A stretch of 60,706 nt of DNA. It comes from Chloroflexota bacterium (GTDB taxonomy: Bacteria; Chloroflexota; Limnocylindria; Limnocylindrales; Limnocylindraceae). Position 1 is the stretch's first letter; every line of letters begins with the position of its first letter. Shown here piece after piece: positions 8,167-16,733 of the stretch. The notes under the pieces are model-generated. The model was given only the letters and a program-made list of their open reading frames with translations, was not told the origin of the DNA and searched no databases. The translations under genes were made by a program, and so were the position numbers. Location: NCBI GenBank assembly GCA_026389535.1, contig JAPLHR010000046.1, forward strand, positions 1-60,706, written 5' to 3'.

Positions 8167-9200
8167 CCAGCCGCCAGACGTCCGAGGGTTTCGAGGGTGA
8201 TGAATCGCGTCTTCTCGCGTGGAGCACGCACGATGCTAAGGCGTGCGGCCACGATCGCGGCGTTATCAAATGCCACAACACCAATAGCGATGCGCGCGCT
8301 GCTCCCAGCGGCGCGAATGCGCGCTTCTTCAAGCTCGGCGAGCAGGCTCGCATCAATGCCACGGGCCCCCCACTTGCAGTCCCACAGCTCTGGGATAGGG
8401 CCGGCCTCGACGGTGACGTCAAACGGGTGTGGGTCGGCAGAGACGCCGTCAATGGCGAAGCGGCGCTCGCGTCGCACTAGGCGATCAGCATCGTTAGCAA
8501 GCATCGGGCGTCGGCGCAGCATCTCAGCGGTGGTTGCCTCAACGACCGCGCCGCGGTACTGCGCGTTGGAGGCTTGTGCCTTGCCGCCAATTGCTAGTGA
8601 GCCAACGACTAACGGGTCTGTGGTGGTGCGGTGTGATGGGAGTGCGGCGAAGAGCGCCGCTGTCTCTGCAGTCGTCGGTTCAGGATCGTTCATCACCGCT
8701 CGGGCAACGAGTCGCTCAGCGGGCGTGGCGTTCGCAATCGCCACCGCTAGCGGACGCAGTATCGGATCAGCCTGGATCCCTGAGTACACCACGGCGCGGC
8801 CGTCGCGTGGAGCATCGCTGAATGAGATCCCCGCAGGAATCCGCGATGCAACCGTTGCGCCGACACTTTGTGGAACAACATCTTTCGGCAGGCTTGCAGG
8901 GTTCAGCGTGGCTGCCAGGAGTGTCAGCACAAGTCGCGGCTGCATACCAATCCAATCGATGGCGCGGTGTGGATCGTTTGCAGCGATGACGCGCTCAATA
9001 CTTGCGGCGACGGATGCAAGTGCGGCTGTCGCGGCATCGGGAAGTGCGCGATCACCGATGGCACCGATTGCACGATCGAGCTCCTCTTCACCAAGTGTTG
9101 ATACGACGTTCGTGTGATCGAGTGCGTCGATAACCTCTTCGCCGAGCGCAACGATTCGTGCGAGCAGGTCCCGCTGATGCGTGAGAGAGTTGCCACTCAT
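8163..9200 (-). CDS. Hypothetical protein, operonic with holB; possible PD-(D/E)xK-like C-terminal motif
   Basis: 345-aa ORF with ATGA overlaps at both ends. PFD(261)...E(271)LWD(274)CK(276) motif. No family recognised. Confidence 0.6.
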   Translation of the reverse strand: MSGNSLTHQRDLLARIVALGEEVIDALDHTNVVSTLGEEELDRAIGAIGDRALPDAATAALASVAASIERVIAANDPHRAIDWIGMQPRLVLTLLAATLNPASLPKDVVPQSVGATVASRIPAGISFSDAPRDGRAVVYSGIQADPILRPLAVAIANATPAERLVARAVMNDPEPTTAETAALFAALPSHRTTTDPLVVGSLAIGGKAQASNAQYRGAVVEATTAEMLRRRPMLANDADRLVRRERRFAIDGVSADPHPFDVTVEAGPIPELWDCKWGARGIDASLLAELEEARIRAAGSSARIAIGVVAFDNAAIVAARLSIVRAPREKTRFITLETLGRLAAG

Positions 9201-10384
9201 AGCGTTGGCCAGCTGAGCGCCGCTGCATCAAGCAGCAGCTCTGGGTTTCCATTACGACGAAGTGCGCTTAGTGCCCTATCAATAGCGCGTAACGCTTCTC
9301 CCCATGTTGCCGTTGGGAGTCCGTGTGCAACGGCCTCAATCTCTGCGCGGTCTTCAGGGAAGGCAATCTGGTCCACCGCACCGGCGCTCACTAGTGCAAG
9401 ATCACGAGCCACACCACGCCAGAGGCGCAAGAGTGCCGTTGCAGCAGCGCGACGCTCTGCAGGTGTCGGTTTCGCGCTGCGCTTCGCTGGGCTCACCTTC
9501 TTCGGCTCGGCGTCGACATCTGGCGCATCATCGCTGCCATCTTTACTCTCGGTGCCATCAGCCGCGTCGCCGTCGTCAGCGCCAGCAACCAGGAGCGCGC
9601 GCGCATCGGCGACCAGCGCGCCAAGCTGGCCTAGCCGTGCATGCGGTGAGGTTGCGGTGAAGTCGAGAATTTGTCGACGAATCTGCGCGTGTGCGCGTGC
9701 CGCGTCGCCTGTTGCTTCGGCATCAATGAGTGGCCCAGGTCGACCAGACGACATGCGCAAAAGCCGCACCGCTGTTGGCGCGTCAACGCCGAGTCGTTCG
9801 GCGAGCAGCTCACTCGCCTGGTTCGCGTCTGGAAGGCCGATACGGATCACCGCGCAGCGACTGCGAATGGTTGGCATGAGCCGTGAATCTTCAGCGGCCG
9901 CCAAGATCACGTGGGTGCGAGAGGGCGGCTCCTCGAGGGTCTTGAGCAGCGCGTTTTGTGCCGCCTCGTTCATGCGGTCGGCGCGCTCAATCAGCGCGAT
10001 CCGGCGACCCCCCTCAACCGAGAAGAGGGCGAGGCCTGCGGCGAGGGCGCGGATTGGCTCGATACCGATCTCGTCCGAGGCACCAGACGGCGAAATGAGC
10101 ACGAGATCGGTATGGCTTCCTGAGGCGATCAGGCGGCAGGCGCGGCAGGCGCCACAGGGGCCGCCGTCGACCGGCGCGTCGCACATGAGCGTCGCGACGG
10201 CGTCTCGGGCGAGTGTGCCTGCACCTGCGCCACGCGGCCCGACAATCAGCAGGGCGTGCGGTGGTGCGTCGGCGAGGAGTGCGGCGAGGTGCGCGGCGGC
10301 GGCGTCATGACCGCGGGTTGCGAAGCGTGCTGGGCGACGCGCAGGGTGAGCGGCGTCAGACGGCGTTGAGACCGCCCGCGCCAT
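9197..10384 (-). CDS. holB: DNA polymerase III subunit delta'
   Basis: AAA+ clamp-loader motifs: LIVGPRGAGAGTLA, zinc module CGACRACR, NALLKTLEEPP, SRC motif (RSRC). Confidence 0.85.
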   Translation of the reverse strand: MARAVSTPSDAAHPARRPARFATRGHDAAAAHLAALLADAPPHALLIVGPRGAGAGTLARDAVATLMCDAPVDGGPCGACRACRLIASGSHTDLVLISPSGASDEIGIEPIRALAAGLALFSVEGGRRIALIERADRMNEAAQNALLKTLEEPPSRTHVILAAAEDSRLMPTIRSRCAVIRIGLPDANQASELLAERLGVDAPTAVRLLRMSSGRPGPLIDAEATGDAARAHAQIRRQILDFTATSPHARLGQLGALVADARALLVAGADDGDAADGTESKDGSDDAPDVDAEPKKVSPAKRSAKPTPAERRAAATALLRLWRGVARDLALVSAGAVDQIAFPEDRAEIEAVAHGLPTATWGEALRAIDRALSALRRNGNPELLLDAAALSWPTL

Positions 10385-10388
10385 CTCG

Positions 10389-11780
10389 TTAGGCTCCCTT
10401 GCTCCCCTTAGCCTTTGGCCGCGTGGTGCTCTTCTTTACGAGAGCGACCTTTGCGGCGGGCTTGGCGGCAACACGTCCTGCAGGCTTAGCCGCAGCCTTT
10501 GCGGCGGGCTTCGCAGCACTCTTCGGTGCTGGTCGACCGCCACGCGAACGACCCTTGCCGCTCACGGGTGCCTCTTTGCCGTTGAATGCCGCCGACTCGC
10601 TCGCTGATCGACCAGTCGCCTGCAGTTGGGACTGCAAGAGCGCGGCCACATCTGGCGAGACATCGCTGATGCCATCATCGGCGTCGTTGTAGCTCGCACC
10701 TGAACGAATCGTGTCGTCCTTATGCGAACGGGCAACCTCGTCGGCAATGCGTGACGGTCCGGAGCCGAGCTGCTGACGTGCAGCGCGTACCGGTCCGCGA
10801 CCCGTTACGCTGCGTCGCTCGGTGGCGAGATATTCAGGAACGCCGCCTGGCGCACCATCATCGGCGTCGTCGAGCGTCATGGTCTCAATGCCGTCAAGTG
10901 AGTCTCCGCCAACTCCGCCACGACCACGACGTCCGCGACCACCGCGACGACGACGGCGGCGTGGGCCGTCCTCACCGAATGCAGCTGCGCCCTCGTGGTT
11001 CTGTGGTGATGCCTCAGCGCCTGCGGCGAGATCGTCTGGCCCGAGATCATCAAGTGTCAGTGTCTCAATTGAATCAGCATCGACCATCGTGTCGCCAATG
11101 CGGATTGCCGACGAGCGGCGCACCGGTGTGCCAGTGCGTGGTGCTGCGGTGCGTGTAGTGCGTCCGCCGCGAACTCGTTCGCGCTCAGGCGCTGCGCCAA
11201 CGCGACGTGGTCGTGCTGGTGCCTCGGACTGCTTGTCGGGGACCTCTGTCATGGAGAGATCCTCTTCGCCCTCTGCGGCGACGCGGCGACCGCTTCGTGC
11301 GCCCGCTTCCACCTTGGCGATTGTAGTGATCTCAATAAACTGGTCAGCAACCTCAACAAGATCGCTGCTGGTGTTTGCGCGGAAGCTCACCACTTCAACG
11401 CGAACGCCCATGTCTTGCACCGCACGAATTGCTGGTGCGAAGTCGCCGTCGCCAGAGATGACGACTGCGATGTCGAGCTTTGGCGCAAGGCGCACAAGGT
11501 CAACTACGAGTTCGATGTCGAGGTTCGCCTTAAAGCGACCGTCGCCGTACTTGCGAACATCCTTGCTGACAACCTTGTAGTTGTTGCGCGCGAGGAAGTT
11601 GTGAAAGGCCTTCTGGTTCTCGTTGTCTGGATCAAGACCGGTGTAGGCGTAGGCGCGAACAAGATCGCGGTTCGCCGTGAGGGTCTTTAGGAGCGTGACG
11701 TAATCGATGTCAACGCCTGCAGCCTTTGCTGCGTAGAAGACGTTTGCGACGTCTACGAAAATAGCGACATTACGTGCCAT
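10389..11780 (-). CDS. NYN/LabA-like domain protein with long disordered RGG-box and Lys/Ala/Pro-rich tail
   Basis: aa 1-155 match the NYN layout (VAIFVDVANV, GDGDFAPA). The rest is low complexity: RRRRRRGGRGRRGRGG (10905-10964) and AAKPAAKAAAKPAGRVAAKPAAK (10392-10553). Confidence 0.8.
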   Translation of the reverse strand: MARNVAIFVDVANVFYAAKAAGVDIDYVTLLKTLTANRDLVRAYAYTGLDPDNENQKAFHNFLARNNYKVVSKDVRKYGDGRFKANLDIELVVDLVRLAPKLDIAVVISGDGDFAPAIRAVQDMGVRVEVVSFRANTSSDLVEVADQFIEITTIAKVEAGARSGRRVAAEGEEDLSMTEVPDKQSEAPARPRRVGAAPERERVRGGRTTRTAAPRTGTPVRRSSAIRIGDTMVDADSIETLTLDDLGPDDLAAGAEASPQNHEGAAAFGEDGPRRRRRRGGRGRRGRGGVGGDSLDGIETMTLDDADDGAPGGVPEYLATERRSVTGRGPVRAARQQLGSGPSRIADEVARSHKDDTIRSGASYNDADDGISDVSPDVAALLQSQLQATGRSASESAAFNGKEAPVSGKGRSRGGRPAPKSAAKPAAKAAAKPAGRVAAKPAAKVALVKKSTTRPKAKGSKGA

Positions 11781-11939
11781 TACTTTGTACCTCTGGTTTC
11801 TTAGTAGATAACGTGGCGTGAGCTGCTACGACGGGGCTGGGCCGGTATCGGCCGCCTGCCCGCGCGTCGGAGCGCACGGCTGCACCTAGACACCCTAGCA
11901 GGTTGGGGGTGGCGCCCATCTATTGAGCACGAATCGTGC

Positions 11940-12410
11940 TTAGCGGTCGTCCCGCGCGTCAACGATCTGGGCGACGCCCGAGATCCAGACTCCCAGTGCG
12001 ATGAGGGTGATCCAGAGGCCAGGGGCGTGATCGACTCCGAAGACGGAGGAGAGGGGCAGGTCGTACCCAGTCGCAGTGACGGCAGCTCGGATGAGGGTGG
12101 CGATGAAGCCAAGAGTGGCGACGGTTACGAGCCCCACGTGAACGGGCCACCAATCAAACCGGAGCTGCTCACCGAAGGCATCTGGGGCAATCAGTAGGAA
12201 GAGGGTGGCAAGCGCAACGAAGAACCCAGCCGCACCGTAGGTATCAAAGGCGTTCCCCACCGTTGCGGGTATGCCGGGGGCGGCGAGCGTCCACCAGGCG
12301 GGCAGTGCGCCGAGCACCACACCTGCGGCGCCAATGCCGCTCAGGCGGCGGCCGCTGCTGCGTCGAAAGAGGCCCCCGGAGGTCGACTGGATGCGGCCGA
12401 TCGGCTTCAC
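11940..12410 (-). CDS. Hypothetical integral membrane protein
   Basis: GTG-start ORF with four hydrophobic segments, immediately downstream of hpt. Confidence 0.5.
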   Translation of the reverse strand: MKPIGRIQSTSGGLFRRSSGRRLSGIGAAGVVLGALPAWWTLAAPGIPATVGNAFDTYGAAGFFVALATLFLLIAPDAFGEQLRFDWWPVHVGLVTVATLGFIATLIRAAVTATGYDLPLSSVFGVDHAPGLWITLIALGVWISGVAQIVDARDDR

Positions 12411-12414
12411 CCAG

Positions 12415-12996
12415 CTACTCCTCGCCAGGAGTCGAGGTGTACATGGAGGGCTTCAGCACGCCGACGTAGCGCAGGTTGCGGTACTGCTCGCCGAAGTCGA
12501 GCCCGTAACCGACCACGAACTTGTCGGGGATCTCAAAGCCCATCCACTGCACTGGGATATCAACCACTCGCCGCGCGGGCTTACTGAGCAGGGTGACGAT
12601 CTTCACCGAACGCGGGTTCTTCCCCGCGAGGTAGTTCGTGAGGTAGTTCAAGGTGATGCCGGTATCAATGATGTCCTCAACGATCAGCACGTCGCGCCCT
12701 TCAATCGTCCCCGAGAGATCCTTCAGGATGCGCACGGTGCCGCTCGACTCGGTGCTCTTACCGCCGTCGTACGACGAGACCTCCATGAGGTCAATCTGCA
12801 CGTTGCCTGGAATAGCGCGCATAAGGTCGGCAACGAAGACGATGGCGCCCTTCAGCACGCTGACAAGGATCAGTGAATCGTTCCCCGTATACGCCGCGCC
12901 AATCTCTGCGCCGAGCTCGCGCACGCGCGCGTCAATCGCCGCCTCGGTGATGAGTACCGACTCGATGTCGTCGTGCGGGTTCTGGCTCGCCGCCAT
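12415..12996 (-). CDS. hpt: Hypoxanthine-guanine phosphoribosyltransferase
   Basis: PRPP-binding motif VLIVEDIIDTGITL, plus KFVVGYGLD. Start trimmed to ATG 12994-12996, preceded by GGAGGAG. Confidence 0.9.
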   Translation of the reverse strand: MAASQNPHDDIESVLITEAAIDARVRELGAEIGAAYTGNDSLILVSVLKGAIVFVADLMRAIPGNVQIDLMEVSSYDGGKSTESSGTVRILKDLSGTIEGRDVLIVEDIIDTGITLNYLTNYLAGKNPRSVKIVTLLSKPARRVVDIPVQWMGFEIPDKFVVGYGLDFGEQYRNLRYVGVLKPSMYTSTPGEE

Positions 12997-13073
12997 GGTT
13001 GCTCCTCCCCAGTTGACACCCCTGCTTGGGCTTGCCGCTTTGCGTCTGAATCGTAGCACCGCAGCGTGATCAG

Positions 13074-13090
13074 ATACTCTCAGGGGGTAT
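13074..13090. promoter_or_regulatory. Imperfect CsoR-type operator candidate overlapping the csoR start codon
   Basis: ATACTCTCAGGGGGTAT. The right arm GGGGTAT and the left ATAC match the TACCCC..GGGGTA class of CsoR boxes; the left arm is degenerate. Confidence 0.35.
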
Positions 13091-13418
13091 GGCAGAACAT
13101 GTCGGGCACAGCTACACAAAAGACCGCAAGGTCCTCCTTAATCGCCTGCGGCGACTTGAGGGACAGGTGCGCGGCATTGCGCGCATGGTCGACCGCGAGG
13201 AGTACTGCGTCGACATCTTGCAGCAGACGTCGGCGTTGCGCGCAGCCGTCGATGCGCTTGGCCTCCTGATCCTTGAAGACCACATCCGCGGTTGCATGAA
13301 AGATGCCGCCGAGAAGGGCGACGCCGAGAAATCCATTGAAGAGGTGCTCGATGTCGTGCGTCGCTCTATGGGCCGACCGGCGCGCAGCGCCACGCCAAAG
13401 AGCGGAGCGAGCGACTGA
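13089..13418 (+). CDS. csoR: CsoR/RcnR-family metal-sensing transcriptional repressor
   Basis: LNRLRRLEGQVRGI core. Cys (YCVD) plus His-x3-Cys (DHIRGC) gives the Cu(I)-type C-H-C ligand pattern. Confidence 0.85.
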   Translation: MAEHVGHSYTKDRKVLLNRLRRLEGQVRGIARMVDREEYCVDILQQTSALRAAVDALGLLILEDHIRGCMKDAAEKGDAEKSIEEVLDVVRRSMGRPARSATPKSGASD

Positions 13419-14185
13419 ACTCCAACACAACGCCCCCAGAACGCGCACCACTTCCTACTGACCCGAGTGCGCTGCCGCCAACGGAACGCGAAACGCTCGA
13501 CGAGCTTGCGCGCCAACTTTCTGCAGCCTCACTTCCTGAACTCTCTGCTGCCGAGACTGCAATCATCACTGCGCACCTGCGCCTGCTTGATGCGTGGAAC
13601 CCAGCAATCAACCTCACGCGCGTCAGCGATCCACTTGAGCGCGCGACGCGACATCTTCTTGATTCACTCGTAGCTGCGCCACACATTGCGCGACTCCTTC
13701 CGAGCGGCGGCAAGATCGCCGACCTCGGCTCTGGTGGTGGCTTCCCTGGCGTGCCGTTAGCGGCACGGTTGCTCTCGCGTCACGACGGCCTTTCGATGAC
13801 GTTGATTGAATCAATCGGTAAGAAGGTGCGCTTTCTTGAAGCGGTCACCGCAGCGAGCGGGCTCGCACCGCGACTGCGTGTCGCTCATGCGCGCGCTGAA
13901 GATTTGGCGCAGGGGGGCGGCGTTCGGTTTGATCTGATCACTGCGCGAGCGATCGCACCACTGAGCGAGTTGATTCGACTTGCCGCGCCGATTCTCACGC
14001 CAACCGGCTCGTTGCTCGCATGGAAGCGTGCGGGAGAGGGCTGGGATGCAGAGCTGAGCACCGCCTCCTCTTTCATTGGATCCAGTGCAATTGAGGTGAT
14101 TCCGGTGAACGTGGCTGCGCTAGAGGGGGCGCTCCTTGTGCGCGTTACTCCGCACGAATCTGAACGGGTGCGAGCGCGGGTATAG
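13415..14185 (+). CDS. rsmG: 16S rRNA (guanine527-N7)-methyltransferase RsmG/GidB; start probably non-canonical (CTG)
   Basis: The track ORF starts at GTG 13751, but the same frame is open from 13340 and encodes the conserved N-terminal half (LLDAWNPAINLTRV, RHLLDSL, ADLGSGGGFPGVPLA). See finding. Confidence 0.75.
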   Translation: MNSNTTPPERAPLPTDPSALPPTERETLDELARQLSAASLPELSAAETAIITAHLRLLDAWNPAINLTRVSDPLERATRHLLDSLVAAPHIARLLPSGGKIADLGSGGGFPGVPLAARLLSRHDGLSMTLIESIGKKVRFLEAVTAASGLAPRLRVAHARAEDLAQGGGVRFDLITARAIAPLSELIRLAAPILTPTGSLLAWKRAGEGWDAELSTASSFIGSSAIEVIPVNVAALEGALLVRVTPHESERVRARV

Positions 14186-14248
14186 GATTAGGGCAATAGC
14201 AACCGATCAGGAGACCCTGAATCGACGGGAAAGGTGCAGTGAAGCGCG

Positions 14249-16255
14249 ATGAGTCCTGACCAGCAGAAGGGGAAGCCTGACTGGCACGACAACGACAGCG
14301 GTGAGGAGCTCTTTGTTGAGCCTTCGCCGGACCACCTAGTCGCATCCGCGGCGGGTAGCGCCCCAGTCCACGACCTAGGGAAGGCGACGACTGCTGCGAA
14401 GAGGTTCATCTTCGGGCGGCCGATCTCTAATGCTGAAGAGGGTGAGGAACGCCTCAGCAAGACCCTCGCCCTGCCGATTTTCTCCTCTGACGCGATCTCG
14501 TCGAGCGCCTACGCGAGTGAAGAGATCTTGATCGTGCTCGCCTCTGCAGGCGCTTCTTACCTGGCATTTGGCCCGGTCATCGCGCTAGCCGTCGGACTTC
14601 TTCTTGCGGTCGTCGCGTTGAGTTACCGGCAAGTCTGCTTCGGATTCCCAAAGGGCGGCGGCGCATACGCCGTTGCTAAGAGCACGCTCGGCACGGGTCC
14701 GGCACTCGTTGCCGCATCAAGTCTCGTCATTGACTACGTGCTCACAGCGGCGGTCAGCACCGCCGCAGGAGTTGCTGCCATCACCTCCGCTGTTCCTGAG
14801 TTATCGCCGCTCCGTGTCGAGATGGCGCTTGGCGCACTCATCCTGCTTGTCCTTGCCAACCTTCGCGGGCTGCGCGAGTCAGGAAAGCTGTTTGCAATTC
14901 CGACCTACCTGTTCGTAGTCGGTGCGGTTGCCGTTATCGGTGTCGGCCTGCTGCGCATCGCATTAGGTGATCCGGCCGTCAATTGGAGCGAAGGGGTCAC
15001 GATCATTCCTCACAACGAGATGCAGTTGATCTTGCCCTTCTTGTTGCTGAAGGCCTTTGCCTACGGTTCCGTTGCCCTGACGGGGACAGAGGCAATCTCC
15101 GATGGCGTCTCCGCATTTAAAAAGCCAGAGGCAAAGAATGCAGCAGACACCATGAGCATCATGTCGATTCTTCTCGGAATGATCTTCTTCGGCATCTCTC
15201 TGCTTGCGTTTGCGTTCGGTAAAGTTCCGCAAGAGATCGGCGGAGAGACGCTTCTTTCCCAAATTGCACGAACCTCGTTTGGTGATGGCATCTTTTATGT
15301 TGTATTCCAGATTGCAACAACAGGCATCCTGCTCCTCGCAGCCAACACCGGATTTAATGGCGGCCCGCAGCTTGCACGCATCCTGGCTCGTGATGGATTC
15401 CTTCCGCGGCAGGTTGGGCAGCGAAGCGACAGGCTTGCGTACGCTGGTGGAATTCTGACGATTGCTGTGGGTGCTGTGATCTTCCTTCTCGCAACTGGCG
15501 CACTCGTCACCCTCTTGATTCCTGCGTATGCAATCGGCGTCTTCCTTGGATTCACTATCAGCCAGACCGGTATGGTCGTGCACTGGCGAAATGTGCGCGG
15601 GCCTGATTGGCAGAAGAAGGCTGTTCTGAACGGAATCGGGGCGACAGTCACTGGTGTTGTCTTTGTGATCATTTCGCTTGCGAAGTTTGCCGTTGGTGGC
15701 TGGATCATCTTTATCTTGGTTCCACTTGTCGCTATCTTTATGGCGCTTGTGCGCCGCCGCTACAACCTGCACGAGCGCGAGCTGGCTATTAAGCCCGATC
15801 TCGTGTTTGATGCGCCACATCGGCCACGAAGGATCATTGCGCCGTTCGGCGAGATCAATCGCTCTACCGTTCGTGCAATTACGCTCGGTCGAATCCTTGA
15901 AGGCACCACTGGTGAGCTGACCGCCGTGCGCGTCGTGTTTGATGCCGCGGAAGAGGCGGAGATTCGCGAAAAGTTTGAGCGTCTTTTCCCTGGCGTACGC
16001 CTCGTCACGGTTGAGTCTCCATTCCGCGCCATCGTGGAGCCGATCTGCCACTACCTCGATGAGATCGAGGATGAGGATGCAAACCTGCCAGCAGAGCAGC
16101 ACCGCATCAATGTGGTGTTGATTCCGGAGTACGCCGGCCGTCACTGGTGGGATCGCATCCTGCACAATGGCAACGGGAAGCGCCTCCGTGAAACGCTTCT
16201 CGGCCGACGCAACACGGTGATCCTCGACGTTCCGTACCGCCGCGATCTCGAGTAG
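14249..16255 (+). CDS. APC-superfamily permease with C-terminal cytoplasmic domain
   Basis: 668 aa. KTLALPIFSSDAISSSAYASEEIL N-terminal signature, about 12 TM segments, and a C-terminal soluble extension of about 190 aa. Confidence 0.8.
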   Translation: MSPDQQKGKPDWHDNDSGEELFVEPSPDHLVASAAGSAPVHDLGKATTAAKRFIFGRPISNAEEGEERLSKTLALPIFSSDAISSSAYASEEILIVLASAGASYLAFGPVIALAVGLLLAVVALSYRQVCFGFPKGGGAYAVAKSTLGTGPALVAASSLVIDYVLTAAVSTAAGVAAITSAVPELSPLRVEMALGALILLVLANLRGLRESGKLFAIPTYLFVVGAVAVIGVGLLRIALGDPAVNWSEGVTIIPHNEMQLILPFLLLKAFAYGSVALTGTEAISDGVSAFKKPEAKNAADTMSIMSILLGMIFFGISLLAFAFGKVPQEIGGETLLSQIARTSFGDGIFYVVFQIATTGILLLAANTGFNGGPQLARILARDGFLPRQVGQRSDRLAYAGGILTIAVGAVIFLLATGALVTLLIPAYAIGVFLGFTISQTGMVVHWRNVRGPDWQKKAVLNGIGATVTGVVFVIISLAKFAVGGWIIFILVPLVAIFMALVRRRYNLHERELAIKPDLVFDAPHRPRRIIAPFGEINRSTVRAITLGRILEGTTGELTAVRVVFDAAEEAEIREKFERLFPGVRLVTVESPFRAIVEPICHYLDEIEDEDANLPAEQHRINVVLIPEYAGRHWWDRILHNGNGKRLRETLLGRRNTVILDVPYRRDLE

Positions 16256-16339
16256 TCGCCGCTCTCCCCTACGACCCCCGCCGTCTGCCCTGGAGGGGCC
16301 TGCCCTCTTATTCGTGCCTGTCGCTCTGTGGATAACTCT

Positions 16340-16370
16340 CTTGACAATGGTATTGATAAGGTTGTAGCCT
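16340..16370 (+). promoter_or_regulatory. hspR-lon promoter candidate with HAIR-like inverted repeat
   Basis: TTGACA (16341-16346), 18 nt, then TAGCCT (16365-16370). Inverted repeat CTTGACA-N7-TGATAAG (16340-16360) resembles the HspR operator CTTGAGT-N7-ACTCAAG. Confidence 0.4.
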
Positions 16371-16376
16371 ATTCTC

Positions 16377-16733
16377 GTGTTGAAGCGTGGGGGTGCAGGC
16401 GTCGATCCAGCACGGCCGGTCTACGTGATCAGCGTTGCGGCCAACATCGTCTCGGTCCACCCCCGCACCCTGCGCATCTACGAGGAGGAGGGCCTGATCT
16501 GCCCCTCCCGCACCGACTCAAACATCCGCCTCTTCTCTGAAAACGACCTTCGGCGCATCCTCTGGATACGCCACCTGACGCAAGACTTTGGGGTCAATCT
16601 CGCCGGCATCAAGCTCCTCTTCGAACTTGAGGAGCGGCTCGGGGAGCGAATCTTGGAGCGACTGTACGAAGAGGGTCAAGCGAAAGAGGCGAAGCGAGCG
16701 CCGCAGGAAGCGGCAGGAAGGGGACGAGCATGA
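16377..16733 (+). CDS. hspR: MerR-family heat-shock repressor HspR
   Basis: Helix-turn-helix YVISVAANIVSVHPRTLRIYEEEGL, then RLFSENDLRRILWIRHL. GTG start. ATGA overlap with lon. Confidence 0.8.
   Translation: MLKRGGAGVDPARPVYVISVAANIVSVHPRTLRIYEEEGLICPSRTDSNIRLFSENDLRRILWIRHLTQDFGVNLAGIKLLFELEERLGERILERLYEEGQAKEAKRAPQEAAGRGRA

Noticed and set aside
7993-10310. Long plus-strand ORFs 7993..9117 (374 aa) and 9114..10310 (398 aa)
   Set aside because: They lie antisense to the 8163..9200 gene and to holB. Their translations are Ala/Arg/Ser/Pro-rich low-complexity sequence, typical of GC-driven shadow frames, whereas the opposite strand has clear family motifs.
14963-16165. Minus-strand 400-aa ORF
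   Set aside because: Antisense to the APC permease, whose hydrophobic TM pattern clearly identifies the plus strand as coding.
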